Assembly (NCBI GenBank): GCA_038087875.1
Contig: CM075996.1
Location: forward strand, 2,234,001-2,298,000
Direction of reading: 5' to 3'
DNA from: Malacoraja senta
Lineage: Eukaryota
DNA: 64,000 bases
Part shown: positions 1 to 11,384 of the stretch, one piece after another
Numbering within the stretch: the stretch's first letter is position 1
How the letters are laid out: each line of letters starts with the position of its first letter
Position numbers and translations under genes: made by a program
Notes under the pieces: model-generated
What the model was told of the DNA's origin: nothing
The model's input: the letters and a program-made list of their open reading frames with translations, nothing else
Database searches by the model: none

Positions 1-19
1 TTAACTGATGCACAAACCG

Positions 20-190
20 GGGTGTTTACCTGTGTGCTCCTTGCTAATATTTATCTATCACTAGATCTTTTTCCCATTGCTGTTTGTGGGAGCTTCCTTG
101 TTCAAATTGGCTGTTGTGTTTGATACATCATGACTGTGGCTGCACTTTGAGCAAGACCTTCATAGCTGGCAAGATGTGGTGGGAGTCACT
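20..190 (+). mobile_element. Degenerate DeuSINE (SacSINE1/AmnSINE1-like) 3' part
   Basis: CTAATATTTATC...CATTGCTGTTTGTGGGAGCTT...AAATTGGCTG resembles the Deu-SINE 3' region. Confidence 0.5.
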
Positions 191-209
191 AAACAAGATG
201 TTTTTCATA

Positions 210-308
210 GTCCATGATCTAAATAGAAAGGAGATGCAGGAGTGGGAAATAAATTACCTGCTCTATAGTAATGGAGAACAAAGCCTTAGCAAAGTGCTCT
301 ATGACCGC
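210..308 (+). repeat. Copy 1 of a ~100 bp local direct duplication (copy 2 at 1925-2034)
   Basis: GTCCATGATCTAAATAGA...AATGGAGAACAAAGCCTTAGCAAAGTGCTC occurs at both places. Confidence 0.9.
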
Positions 309-336
309 ATAGTCATTATTTAATGTGGTGTAGATA

Positions 337-1010
337 GGGTGGCACAGTGGCATGGCGGGTACAGGCACAGCCTCAGCCTCAGAGCTCCAGGGATTCAGAT
401 TCAATCCTGATAGAGTCATAGTCATACAGTGATACAGTGTGGAAACAGGCCCTTCAGCCCAACTTGCCCACACCAACCAACATATCCCAGCTACACTCGT
501 TCCACCTGCTTGCATTTGGTGCATATCCCTGCAAACCTGGCTTATCCATGTACCTGTCTAACTGTTTCTTAAATGTTGGGATAGTCCCAGCCTCAACTAC
601 CTCCTCTGGCAGCTTGTTCCATACACCCACCACCCTTTGTGTGAAAAAGTTACACCTCAGATTCCTATTAAATCTTTTCCCCTCCACCTTGAACCTATGT
701 CCTCTGGTGCTCGATTCACCCCTTCCCTGGGCAGGAGACTCATGATGCACTCCTCTCCTGATTTTACACACCTCTCCCTGTGACCATGTGGGTTCACCCA
801 GGTGCTCCGGTTTCCTCCCACGTCTCAAAGACGCGCAGGTCGGTGGGATAATTGGCGTTTGTAAATAATCTCCAGCGTGTAGGGGAGAGGTAGACTCAGG
901 GGCAGGTTGATGGGGAAATGGGGAGACTAAAGTGTAGGATTGGTACCATTGGGTGCTGGGCGGTCGGCGTGGACTCGGAGGGCTGATGGGGTTATTTCTG
1001 TGCCACATCA
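337..1010 (+). mobile_element. HE1-like V-SINE interrupted by a CR1 fragment
   Basis: tRNA-like head 337-410; V-domain (TGTGGGTTCACCCAGGTGCTCCGGTTTCCTCCCA) resumes at ~775. Confidence 0.75.
411..775 (-). mobile_element. CR1/HER1-like LINE 3' fragment
   Basis: Minus-strand peptide TRGHRFKVEGKRFNRNLRCNFFTQRVVGVWNKLPEEVV (CR1 ORF2 C-terminus) plus 3' UTR and short repeat tail. Confidence 0.9.
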
Positions 1011-1279
1011 TCTGAGATGTCCAGCATCAACCAGCTTACAAAATAAGGGAGTCTTCACGCTCTTAATTTTAGCATTTAGCAACAACCGTTAACCACAGTG
1101 ACGGCGACTTGTAAGCCACACAGTAACGAAATGTTCAGACACAGGAAAACCGAAGCAAATATATCTGTCCCCATGGACACTGACCCCCATTAATTCTTCC
1201 TCTCAATAACAACTTGCGTGGAATAGGCATCTTTTGGCAGAGAGAAACCACTCCAAAGTAAATCGGGAGGTGACATTCG

Positions 1280-1697
1280 AGGCTGCTGATGCCAGGATCT
1301 GGAGCAAGAACAAACTACTGGAGGAGCTCAATGGACCCCGCGGGCACCCTCGTGGAGGCAGAGGCACGGTCAATGTTTTAGGCCTGGATCCAACCTCAGG
1401 ACTACAAACAACCTGGGCAGCAAGTTGACACCAGAGCAAAGGATGATATTTTTATGGAGTTTCTTAAGGGAGGAGGGAAGGAAAGGAGTTTAGGGAGGAG
1501 ATTGAAGAAGTTATGGAACCAGTCAGCAGAGGACAGGGCCATCTGAGGTGGATGTAGGGACTTGAGAATGGACATGATGGAATACAGGAGGAGTGTACAT
1601 CAGAAAAAGAGTCCCGGCCCGAAACATTATCTGTCCATTCCTTCCACAGATGCTGCCTGACCCATTGAGTTCCTCCATCACTTTGTGTTTTGCTCAA
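1280..1697. mobile_element. Penelope-like pLTR fragments in opposite orientations
   Basis: CCCGAAACATTATCTGTCCATTCCTTCCACAGATGCTGCCTGACCC at 1618-1663; diverged inverse copy at ~1280-1400. Confidence 0.6.
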
Positions 1698-1924
1698 TCA
1701 GGAGAAGTGTAGACCACAGCCCAGAGATCGGGCTTGTTCAATGCCAACCAACTTCTATTCTTTCATGCTGCTGAACAAATGCTGAGTGACGATGCCTTAC
1801 AAACCTGTGCACTGATTGATTCCCTCTGACCTTACGGAACCAAAACACTTTGTAGCAAGAACCTTTGGTACATGAGGTAGTAGATCTAAAGATTAATCTC
1901 AGCCTCCACAACCAGGTCAGTAAG

Positions 1925-2034
1925 GTCCATGATCTAAATAGATAGGAGACTTTGTGGGGATGCAGGAGTAGGAAAGAAATGACCTGCTCTATAATAATGG
2001 AGAACAAAGCCTTAGCAAAGTGCTCCATGACTGC
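1925..2034 (+). repeat. Copy 2 of the local direct duplication
   Basis: Matches 210-308 with an extra 11 nt (ACTTTGTGGGG) and a few substitutions. Confidence 0.9.
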
Positions 2035-2039
2035 TGCCA

Positions 2040-2370
2040 GTGCAGAGCCTTGATTGGCAAATGGTAGGACAAAGGCCAGAGATGAAAAGATTAAATATGA
2101 GATAAGGATAGAAGAGGCACAAAGTGTGAAGCCAGAGCAAGGAGTAGTACAGGTGGAGAGCAATGGGCAGAGGGGGAAAGGGAAAAGCAGCTAAACATCA
2201 AGTTGGGGCACAGGGTAGGGAGGGGAAAAAGGAGGGAAGGGGGATGTTTGTAGGTTAGATCAATAACACCTCATATTACGCTTGGGTAATGGACAACCCA
2301 ACTATGAACATTGAATCCTCCAATTTTAAGTAACTAATCTACAAACAGTCCATCCCCGCTTTCCCTCTGT
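2040..2370. mobile_element. Penelope-like fragment: inverted 3' UTR plus ORF C-terminus
   Basis: 2268-2333 reads (with a frameshift) HLILRLGNGQPN..MNIESSNFK*, like the PLE GIY-YIG ORF end; preceded by reverse-oriented pLTR sequence. Confidence 0.65.
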
Positions 2371-2448
2371 TATTTAACTATTCAGCTCCAGAACTAACAA
2401 ACTATTACTGTCACAGGGACAGACTGTCGACAGACTCTCTGTGCACAG

Positions 2449-2640
2449 GTTTAGTTTAGTGCAGTTTAAACATACAGCGTGGAAACAGGCCCTTCGGCCC
2501 AACGAGTGCATGCTGACAATTGATCCCCCTTCACACCCGTTCTGACATTCCACTTTCCCATCCAGTCCCTGCACGATTCCCAGAGGCCAATTAACCTGCA
2601 AACCTGCACGTCTTTGGCATGTGGGAGGAAGCTGGAGTCT
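2449..2640 (-). mobile_element. V-SINE 3' half
   Basis: (TTTAG)n tail then GGAAACAGGCCCTTCGGCCC and GCCAATTAACCTGCAAACC. Confidence 0.8.
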
Positions 2641-2714
2641 GTTTGAAACAGAAACAGTCACAGATGCAGCACAAGTTTGCACAGTCTGCCTATCTCCCTC
2701 TCTTAGATCATTTA

Positions 2715-2878
2715 GTTATGGAGTGATACAGCGTGGAGATAGGCCCTTCAGCCTGACTTGCCCACACCGACCAACATGCCCCAGCTACACTAGTCCCACC
2801 AGCCTGCGATGGGCCCATATCCCTCTAAACCTATGCTATGCATGCACCTGTCTCAATGTATTTTAAACATTGTGATAT
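2715..2878 (-). mobile_element. CR1/HER1 3' end fragment
   Basis: Same 3' UTR as 411-560 (CCCAGCTACACTAGTCCCACC...CCATATCCCTCTAAACC). Confidence 0.8.
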
Positions 2879-2879
2879 G

Positions 2880-3165
2880 TTGCTAGAGTGGAGGTGCTGC
2901 CTCACAGCGCCAGAGACCCGAGTTTGATCCTGACTATGGGTGCTGTCTGTGTGCAGTTTGCACATTCTCCTTGTGACCGAGTGGGTATCCTCCGGGTGCT
3001 CTGGTTTCCTCCCATATCCCAAAGACAGGCAGTCTTGTAGGTTAATTAGCCTCAGTGAATTGCCCCTAGTGTGTAGGGAGTGGGATAACATAGAACTAGT
3101 GATTGATGGTCAGTGTGGTCTCGGTGGGACAAATGGCCTGTTTCCGTGCTGTATCTCTAAAAACT
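2880..3165 (+). mobile_element. HE1-like V-SINE
   Basis: GCTGCCTCACAGCGCCAGAGACCC head, B-box-like GAGTTTGATCC, V-domain, GGCCTGTTTCCGTGCTGTATCTCTAAAA tail. Confidence 0.9.
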
Positions 3166-3654
3166 AGATAGCAAACCTTCAGAACTGCTTTGGAATTTGC
3201 AACCAGTTTAAATTCCATTTGGAATATTTTGGAGGACCAAGAAACCAAGAACCAAGAACCAGTGCGTACATGAGATTAAACACAATGATAATGTAGAATA
3301 AATCTTACAGTAAGAATAATCACATTGAGGTCATAAGTAAACATAGGACCGGAAGGTTATATTGAAGAGTAAAGATATGACGGTGGAATGAAATTGCTTG
3401 GGAAATCAACCAACCTTCAAATAATTTAGCAAAGATTTGAGATAATTTTTAATATCCTGTTTAGTTATTTCATATTTTCACCAACAAGCAAAACAGTTTG
3501 GGAATAATTAACATCATAAATGCTCCACATGCAGGTTAAAGGTTTTTATTGGAGCCAATTCCTGCCAAGACCAGCTTGTGATGCATGATCACATCACGTC
3601 TGGCCCTTTCACTGACAGTTTTACTGCATGCATAACATGAGCAACAGCGAGAGA

Positions 3655-3935
3655 TTATGTGAGGGGAAGTGGGGGGTGAGGATTAGGGAGAGACAGAGCG
3701 AAAGAGGAAGTGCGAGAGAGGGGATGTGGGCAAGAGCCAAAGAGAAAGATTGGGGGAAAGAGAAATGGAAGAAAGAGTGAGGAAGAATTGGCAAGTGGAG
3801 GAGGTGTGTGTGAGAGAGAAAATGGGGCGGATAAAAAGGTGTGGGAAAGAGAGGAGGAGTGGGAAAGGAGGTTGAAGAGAGACAGAGAGGATGAATGATA
3901 TGAGCAAGGGAGAGAGGAAATGGCAGTGTGAGACC
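3655..3935 (+). repeat. Purine-rich (GA) low-complexity tract
   Basis: Almost entirely G/A over ~280 bp. Confidence 0.85.
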
Positions 3936-3993
3936 AGTATCCACTGCTCATCTCGAGTTGCCCTGTACAGATTTGGCAGTAGGAGGCAGCAGC

Positions 3994-4028
3994 ATGACAG
4001 ATAGGAATGGCTTGCATGACCACACTGT
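3994..4028 (+). CDS. Candidate first coding exon of host gene (MTDRNGLHDHT+2 nt)
   Basis: ATG with A at -3 (GCAGCAGCATG), donor GTGAGT at 4029, non-repetitive context; phase 2 matches the acceptor at 58795. Confidence 0.4.
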
Positions 4029-4159
4029 GTGAGTAGTTTGGAGTAATTGACGAGTCACATCTGGTCTCAGACAGTCACGGTGCAGGATGGGGGAGATCTC
4101 CAATCACAAATATGGGGCTTTGCAACACGCAGCTAGTCCCGCCTTGTCTCTGTAGAAAC

Positions 4160-4347
4160 AAGGAACTGCGTATGCTCGTTTACAAAGACACAAAGTGCTG
4201 GAGTAACTCAGTGGGTCAGGCAGCATCTCTGGAGAACATGGATAGGTGACGTTTCGGGTCAGGTCCTTGTCCCGACCTGAAATGTCACCTGTCCATGTAC
4301 CCCAGAGATGCTGCTTGGCCTGCTGAGTTACTCCTGCACTTTATGTC
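4160..4347. mobile_element. Fold-back (palindromic) Penelope pLTR pair
   Basis: 4187-4263 is the imperfect reverse complement of 4271-4347. Confidence 0.8.
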
Positions 4348-4384
4348 AATTTTCTCCTTTTTTCACTTCTATTGACTCCCTTTA

Positions 4385-4725
4385 CACTTCACACTGCTTC
4401 AGCAAGGCCACCAGCATAATCAAGGATGAGTTTCACCATGATCACTCTCTCTTCTCTCTCCCATCAGGCAAGAGATACAGAATTTGAAAATGCACCGCAG
4501 GTTCATGGACAGTTTCTTCCTGAACCACCCTATCACCAAATAGAGAGCGGTCCTGACCTTCCACCCACCTCATTGGAGACCCTCCGACTAGAATTGGACT
4601 TTGCCTTGTTTCCTCACCCTGTATCTGTATAATGTGGACGACTTGATTGTAATCATGCATAGTCTTTTAGCTGACAAAAAAAGCATTTCACTGTACCTCG
4701 GCACACATGACAATAATAAACTACA
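4385..4725 (+). mobile_element. Rex1/Babar-like LINE 3' fragment
   Basis: Degenerate SKATSIIKD..H..LFSLPSGKRY coding remnant; 3' UTR ending CATTTCACTGTACCTCGGCACACATGACAATAATAAA. Confidence 0.75.
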
Positions 4726-5264
4726 CTGAAGATGGCAGTCTTTTAACCCAATATTTTCAAAACTGAAATTACTGTCCCAAACCCAGTGGGCTTTGGATCG
4801 CTGGTGTGACGGGGTGCAGATTAGATCCAAAGATTCACTCTCCCGGTAGTTGGGAAAGGAAGTGACCCGCTGGTGGAGAGAGGGTGAGTGGGTCGACATC
4901 TCACTGAAGTGTGTGACTCACAGTCTGCTGAGTTCACAGCGATCACTCACCAAACTTGGCCCGCAACCTGCCACTGCTTGTGTGTAACGTGCAACTGGGA
5001 ACGAAGCACAAGTAAGCACATGGGGGTTGCAACTCAGCAGAACGGGGCTCCTGGCACACCGCTCCCTCCGCTGAAACCGCAGTGTGGATTAGAATCATTC
5101 CCATCCGCCACACAGACTTCACCACACCACCTGCTGGTGGCCGATGAAGTGACTGTCAGAGGCTGGAGGCCAGGTGCTGGCAGTTTATGCCGTCTACAGA
5201 CATCTCTCAGTAGTGGCCATCCCACCACTGAGTCAGAGGGCAAAGCCTGCTCATGGGGAACTGG

Positions 5265-5745
5265 CCTGACATTGCCCGAATTGTGGACGCAGCCCAGACC
5301 ATCACACAAACCAACCTCCCTTCCATCGACTCCATCTACAGCTCACGCTGCCTCAGCAAGGCCAGCAGCATCATCAAGGACCGGTCTCACCCCGGCCACT
5401 CCCTCTTCCCCCCTCGCCCATCAGGCAAGAGGTATATAAGTGTGAAAACGCACAGCTCCAGATTCAGAGACAGTATCTTCCCAACTGTTATCATGCAACT
5501 GAATCATCCTACCACAACCAGAGAGCAGTCCTGAGCTACTAATTACTTCATTGGAGACCTCTGGACTATCTTTGATCGGACTTTATCTTGCATTAAATAT
5601 TATTCATGTTATTCCCTTTATCATGTATCTGTACACTGTGGTTGGCTCGATTGTAAACATGTATTGTCTTTACACTGACCGGTCAGCATGCAACATAAGC
5701 TTTTCACTGTACCTCGGTACAAGTGACAATAACTAAACTAAAACT
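5265..5745 (+). mobile_element. Rex1/Babar-like LINE 3' fragment
   Basis: RIVDAAQTITQTNLPSIDSIYSSRCLSKASSIIKDRSHPGHSLF..SGKRY..SRFRDSIFP, plus 3' UTR and (TAAAC)n tail. Confidence 0.85.
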
Positions 5746-5906
5746 CAATGCAGTGTTGCTGAGGATCTTACATTCTTCCTAAGGAAGCTTTGAGAACATC
5801 TTTGACACTTCCTACACCATGAAGAGGTCCACAAGAGTGGTGTCAGTAATGGGGTCACAGGAACAGCTGAGGATCATTCTCCTCCGAGTAGCGATAGTTC
5901 AGATTT

Positions 5907-6230
5907 TGGGCAGCATTGTGTTGCCGCTGGTAGAACTGCTACCTTTCAGTCCCAGGTTCAATCCTGACCTCTGGTGCTGTCTGGGTAGAGTCTGCAATTT
6001 ACCCCGGCAAGTTTCCTTAGGACATTCCAGTTTCCTCCCACGTCTACATTTGGTAGGTTGATCAGCCATTGTGAACTACACCTAGTGTGTTAAGTGGCAG
6101 AATCTGGGGAGAGTGGAGGGGAGTGTGCGGAGAATAAAATGGGGTTTGTGTAGGATTATTGTGAATGGTTGATTGATGGTTGGCATGGACTTAGTGGGCT
6201 GAAGGCCCCGTTTCCATTCAGCATGACTTT
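5907..6230 (+). mobile_element. Diverged V-SINE
   Basis: GGTTCAATCCTGACCTCTGGTGCTGTCTG head, GTTTCCTCCCAC, GGGCTGAAGGCCCCGTTTCC tail. Confidence 0.7.
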
Positions 6231-7319
6231 ATTTTACAGAAGTCTTCTAAATTATGAATGGGTTTAGGAGGATGAGAGGAACTGTTGCTACTAATATGTG
6301 ACATCCTCAGATAACGCAGACACGCGTTAACATGCAGAGGTCAGGCATGAAGGCTAGGACATTCCTTTTTTATGCAGCAACCTTTTGTAATCCACAGTGC
6401 TGGTCTGCATAGACAAGGGAAGCAGATTCATAGTGACATTTAAAGGTCATTCCATAAATAAGGGAAGGAAATAATTCCAGGGAAATACAGTATTGAAATA
6501 CAACTACTTGGAGAGGTCTTTGAAGGGCTATCATGGGCACAATGGACCGAACAGCCTCTGTCCATATGATTCTACGGGCAGGAGGAAAGACCATTCACCT
6601 ATCTAGACCATAAGCACCTCCCCCCCTCCGCCCTGCCACCCCCAAAACCCAACGCAATCAATCTGAAGAAGGGTCCTGGGTTACTCCTGCACTTTGTGTC
6701 TTTTTTTGTCCAATCTTCAGTCTTTTCACTTTCCAGGGGCTCCTGCTCCTTCTCTGTCCTACATTCGTACCTTTGAAGGCTTCCTGGTGTTTTGCCCGTG
6801 ACTGGAAGTATTGAAATTCTTTCACCGATCAACCACCTTAACCAGAAATAACTGGATCAGTCATATAAACTTGTACGTCAAGACCAGGGCTATCGCGGGG
6901 GGTTATGTGGTGAGTGGTTCACCTCCTGTCAACTGTTCCACAGTTTACAAGGCACAGGTCAGGAGTGCCGTGCAATGCTTGTCTGCTTTCATACAAGGTA
7001 AAAGAAGGTCATTTTGGCCAGCTTACACAGCATTCCCATTCCCCCACTAACTCTCCCTTTCATCACTTCCCCCCCCCCCCCCCCCACTGTAATGTGCACC
7101 AAGTATCTATCACTCACCTACACACCTTACAGTGACCAATTAACCTACCAACCAGCACATCTTTGTGATGTGGGAAGAAACAGGAGCGCCTGGAAGAAAC
7201 ATCTTTAGCATCCTCTCTCGTTCCCTCTCTGAATCTTAAATGTTTCAATAAGATAATCATACTCTCTAATAAATAAGTCTAATAAATAAAATATTTTTAA
7301 AAAAAATGTTTTTTAAAGA

Positions 7320-7768
7320 TAGTCATACTGCACAGAAACAGGTCCTTTGGCCCAAGACGCCTCGTACAAGCTAGTCCCATTTGCCCATATCTCTCTACAC
7401 ATTTCCCACCCATGTACTAGTCCTAGACCATCTCTCATTCCGCTATACTACACGGGGCTCCGGCCCAACACGGGTTGATCTATCTCTCCCTCCTAACCCC
7501 ATTCTCCTGCCTTCTCTCCATAACCCCTGACACCCATACTAACCAAGAATCTAGCTATCTCGGCTTTAAAAATATCCATTGACTTGGCATCCACAGCCTT
7601 CTGTGGCAAAGAATTCCACATATTCACCACCCTTTGACCAAATAAATTCCTTCTCATCTCCTTTCTAAAGGAACATCCTTTAATTTTGAGGCTATGACCT
7701 CTAGTCCTAGACTCTCCCACTTGTGGAAACATCCTCTCCACACCCACTCTATCCAAGCCTTTCACTAT
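7320..7768 (-). mobile_element. CR1 3' fragments
   Basis: MKGLDRVGVERMFPQVGESRTRGHSLKIKG..FRKEMRRNLFGQRVVNMWNSLP. Confidence 0.9.
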
Positions 7769-8959
7769 TCATTGAGGGTAAATAGTTAGAGGGTAAATAG
7801 TGAGGGCTAATAGTTAGTAAATAGGGGTGTGGATTGTGCTAATGTGGTGACAGAGAAGGCCCAACAGGAATTTCATCGATTAGGCGTGCACCCATGATTG
7901 TAACAGAAATTTGGATCTACTGTTAACAAATTTAGACTTGTGAATAATTGTCATCACATTCTGTTTGTGACCTAATTAAGTTTTTCTGAGTTCCATTCTG
8001 TGGTTAAGACCTGGAGTTACTGTTAATCAAGTTTCTGAGTTATCTTGTCATCTGAGAATATAAAAAATGTTGCAAAGTCACACTTGACAAGTCAGCTTTG
8101 TCTGACCTCCTGATCACAAGCACCAGGTTAACAAATCACCCGTTCCTTCAAACACCAACTCCTCGTGGCCTTGCCATTTGGCCTCTACCGTGCCGTAAAG
8201 CATCTTACTAAGCGACCTTCCTGTGGAAAGCTCTTCCATTCTGCACGCACAACTCGGATAATTGGGCTGTGGAAATCACTTCCAGGGTGAGAGGTTGAGG
8301 GAGAGCTTTGAAACATTAGCCCCACATCCGTCTATTCTGTCTGCCCTTTAAATTATTTTCTCTCCGGGGAAGTCTGCATTGTTCCTGGGCGATCACAACC
8401 CTTTGTACTAATCCCACTCCAATCGCTGCCTGTATGTTTTGCAGAATGTGCATTGACATTTTCGATTGCGTTGTCTAGCCATATTCATCACCGATTGTCT
8501 GCCTTTATTGTGCCGTCAGCAAACACGAGCAAGCTACACATTTACCTCTGTTGTCTCCACTGAAGGAGACCGAAACACTGCCGTTGTGTTACTGTTAAAT
8601 CTGGATAATTAATGCTCTTTTGTATAATCCTTTGGCTTAATAAATATGTGCAAAGCAAACTAAACCTCATGGAAACAAAAAAATTTGCAGGGACCAGAGG
8701 TGACTGTAGAAAATCCAAATAATCTGTTTGTCTGTTTTTTGGCCTCCACTTCAGTTGTCAGTGCATTAAAGCCAAGCCCAGACTGAACCCTAATCCTAGT
8801 TCACCCTCACCTCCTCAACCACGTCGCCTTGGATGGAGTGGGGGTTCGTGGAAGGGAGGGGTGAGAAGAGGGAGAGTTTCTGTCCCTTAAACCGCAAGTC
8901 TGAAACACCACGAAAAAGTGGGTGTTCTTGGGAAAATGCAATCCTTTAATCAAACGCAT

Positions 8960-9280
8960 GGTGTAAACCAGCATCTGCAGTTCCTTTCTACGCATGGAAA
9001 ATCAACGCGCAGGAAGGAACTGCAGATGCTGGTTTACATTGAAGATGGACACAAAATTCTGGAGTGACTCAGCGGGTCAGGCAGCATCGTTGGAGAAAAG
9101 GAATAGATGACGTTTCAGGTCGAGACACTTCTTCAGACTAAGAGTCACTGGAAGTTGGGAAGGTACAGACGAAGCAGGGCCTGCATCAATGACTCAGGAA
9201 AGGTGGAGCCCACAATGGTCCCTTTCTCCAGTGCTGCTGCCTGAACCGCTGTGTTACTCCAGCATTTTGTGTCTACATGT
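8960..9280. mobile_element. Penelope pLTR fragments, inverted arrangement
   Basis: AAGGAACTGCAGATGCTGGTTTAC...GACGTTTCAGGTCGAGACACTTCTTCAGAC with inverse partial copies on both sides. Confidence 0.75.
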
Positions 9281-9702
9281 CAAATCAAGTTGTTTTGAGT
9301 GACTCAATTGGTAATGATTTCAACGATAGTAAATCTCTTTTCAAACTGCGATGCTTGGACTTTGCAAATGGTACTTGCATATGGTCTCAGTGGGCTGTTC
9401 CTACACCGTTTGTACTTGATTGTATAAATGAATGGTAATAATTTACTAAACTGTATGCAACAAAAGAATTTCACTACATTATGTGATGACATGTCCTCCC
9501 TCAGGGCCCTTCCAATCACCATCAGCGGCAGGCCCGAGAAAGCCTGCATCAGCACCACTAACAACAGCAGGAAAACACCAGCACTCTGGACCAAGCTGAA
9601 GCCATAGTCAGATGAGCCACCGCCGGCTCCATTTACTTGCTATTGGGTCAACTCACCTGCACCTCATCAGCCCAATCATTATAAATCCAGGATTTCCAAC
9701 AG

Positions 9703-9800
9703 GGGATTGGGATTGGCATTGAGATTGAGATTGGGATTGGGATTGGGGCTGGGATTGGGATTGGGATTGGGATTGGGATTGGGATTGGGATTGGGATTGG
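9703..9800 (+). repeat. (GGGATT)n hexamer microsatellite, ~16 units
   Basis: Direct reading; a few variant units (GGCATT, GAGATT, GGGGCT). Confidence 0.95.
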
Positions 9801-10000
9801 CATATGCCCTATGCCAATGACTTGGCTGCCCTACTGTCTGTAGCAATGAATTCCACAGATTCATCCTGGTCTGACTAAAGAAATTCCTCCTCATCTCCAT
9901 TCTAAAGGTATGTCCTTTTATTCTGAGGCTGTGCACTCTGGTCCTAAACTCTCCCATAACTGGAAATATCCTCTCCCTAGCCACTCTATCCAGGTCTTAT
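9801..10000 (-). mobile_element. CR1 fragment
   Basis: RIFPVMGEFRTRVHSLRIKGHTFRMEMRRNFFSQ..NLWNSL. Confidence 0.85.
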
Positions 10001-10119
10001 AGCTATAAAAGATCACACAACTCTTCAAAAAGGAAGGTTTACCTTACTCCCTGTTAACATTCCTTCTGTATATCTCAATCACAGGAAAAGGGCCTGTTCC
10101 TTGCAGATATTTTTTTTTA

Positions 10120-10505
10120 ATGCTGGCGCTGGAAGCTCTCAGAAGGTCCAGCAGCATTTGTGGAAAGAGATCTGAAGTCTGAAGAAGGATCCTGACCTGA
10201 AATGTTGTCTGTCCATTTCCTCCATGGACGCTCCCAGACCTGTTGAGTTCCTCCAGTACCTTGTGTTTTGGTTTCCAGTGTCTGCATCTGCAGTTCACTT
10301 GTGTCCCTGTGGAAAGAGAAACTGTTACGTCTCATCAGAACTCAACATTAAATGTTCCTCATCCTGCAGATGCTGCCTGACGTGCTGAATCCTCCTTAAG
10401 AAGGGTCTCAACCCAAAACGTCACCCATTCCTTCTCTCCAGAGATGCTGCCTATCCCACTGAGTTACTCCAACTTTTTGTGTCTATCTTTGGTTTAAACC
10501 AGCAT
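10120..10505 (+). mobile_element. Penelope pLTR fragments (two hammerhead-like cores, degenerate)
   Basis: CTGAAGAAGGATCCTGACCTGAAATG and TAAGAAGGGTCTCAACCCAAAACGTC, each followed by AGATGCTGCC-type sequence. Confidence 0.7.
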
Positions 10506-10620
10506 ACAGTTGAAGGAACTGGGACAATGGCAGAGGAGGGTTGTTTATTTTCACTCATTTTGTACTTCCGATTTCAGAGCTGACTCAAAAGAATACAGAA
10601 GATGAGAAGATTGATGTTTG

Positions 10621-10840
10621 CAGTCATAGAACCATACAACATGGAAACAGGCCCTTCGGCCCAACTCATCCATGCTGGCCAAAATGCCCCATCTAAGCTC
10701 GTGCCATTTGCCGGTGTTTGGCCCATATCCTTCTAAACTTTTCCTATCCATGTACCTGCCCAAATGTTGTCATTGTACCTGCCTCAGCTACTTCCTCTGG
10801 CAGCACGCTCCATACACCCACCACCCTCTGAGTGAAAAGA
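10621..10840 (-). mobile_element. CR1/HER1 3' fragment
   Basis: RYMDRKSLEGYGPNTGKW plus GGAAACAGGCCCTTCGGCCC 3' UTR. Confidence 0.85.
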
Positions 10841-11227
10841 GTGCATTTCACGTAGGCTTGGCCCAGTACTTTCAGTTAGTGTGTCATTGTCCAAGTGATT
10901 TCCCGAGGCACATCCATCACAGTGAAGCTAGTGAAGCGTGTCCCACAGACTCATCGCAACGACCTGCCTCATCATCCAAAATGTTTAACTTTTGAGAACC
11001 CATTTACCCTGAGCTCTCTTCCTGTGAATCCAGATATGTTTATATGTTTAAATAAAGTTTTATCTCTCTATAAACCAATTCCAGTATGTTTCCTGTGTTA
11101 AACAACAACATGTCCATAAGTACATATTATTGGGTGAGGCAACACTAATGGATACGTCAGCAACGACAGGATGACAGCAGATGATCGGGTTATTGGACTC
11201 AGAGGTCACAGCAATGCCCGCTGTACA

Positions 11228-11347
11228 ACAGTAAGTAGTCACTTTAATGCTCCATCTCATTCCCACACTTACTTCTCTGTCTCTGGCCTCTCGCAGTGTT
11301 CCAATGACGCCCAACACAAGCTCGAGAGGCAATGTCACATCTCATCA
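11228..11347 (+). mobile_element. Penelope-like ORF (GIY-YIG) C-terminal remnant
   Basis: VSSHFNAPSHSHTYFSVSGLSQCSNDAQHKLERQ, homologous to 28580-28743. Confidence 0.7.
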
Positions 11348-11384
11348 TGCTTCATCCCCCTAAATCTAAGACTGAATTAAGCCC

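Noticed and set aside
454..1011. 183-185 aa ORFs here and at 4888-5439 as host genes
   Set aside because: Chance read-through of SINE, CR1 or Rex1 sequence with no coherent protein signature
9703..9800. Interstitial telomere, or an NPNPNP repeat protein
   Set aside because: GGGATT is not TTAGGG in any rotation or strand; the NP peptide is just the translated microsatellite fused to CR1
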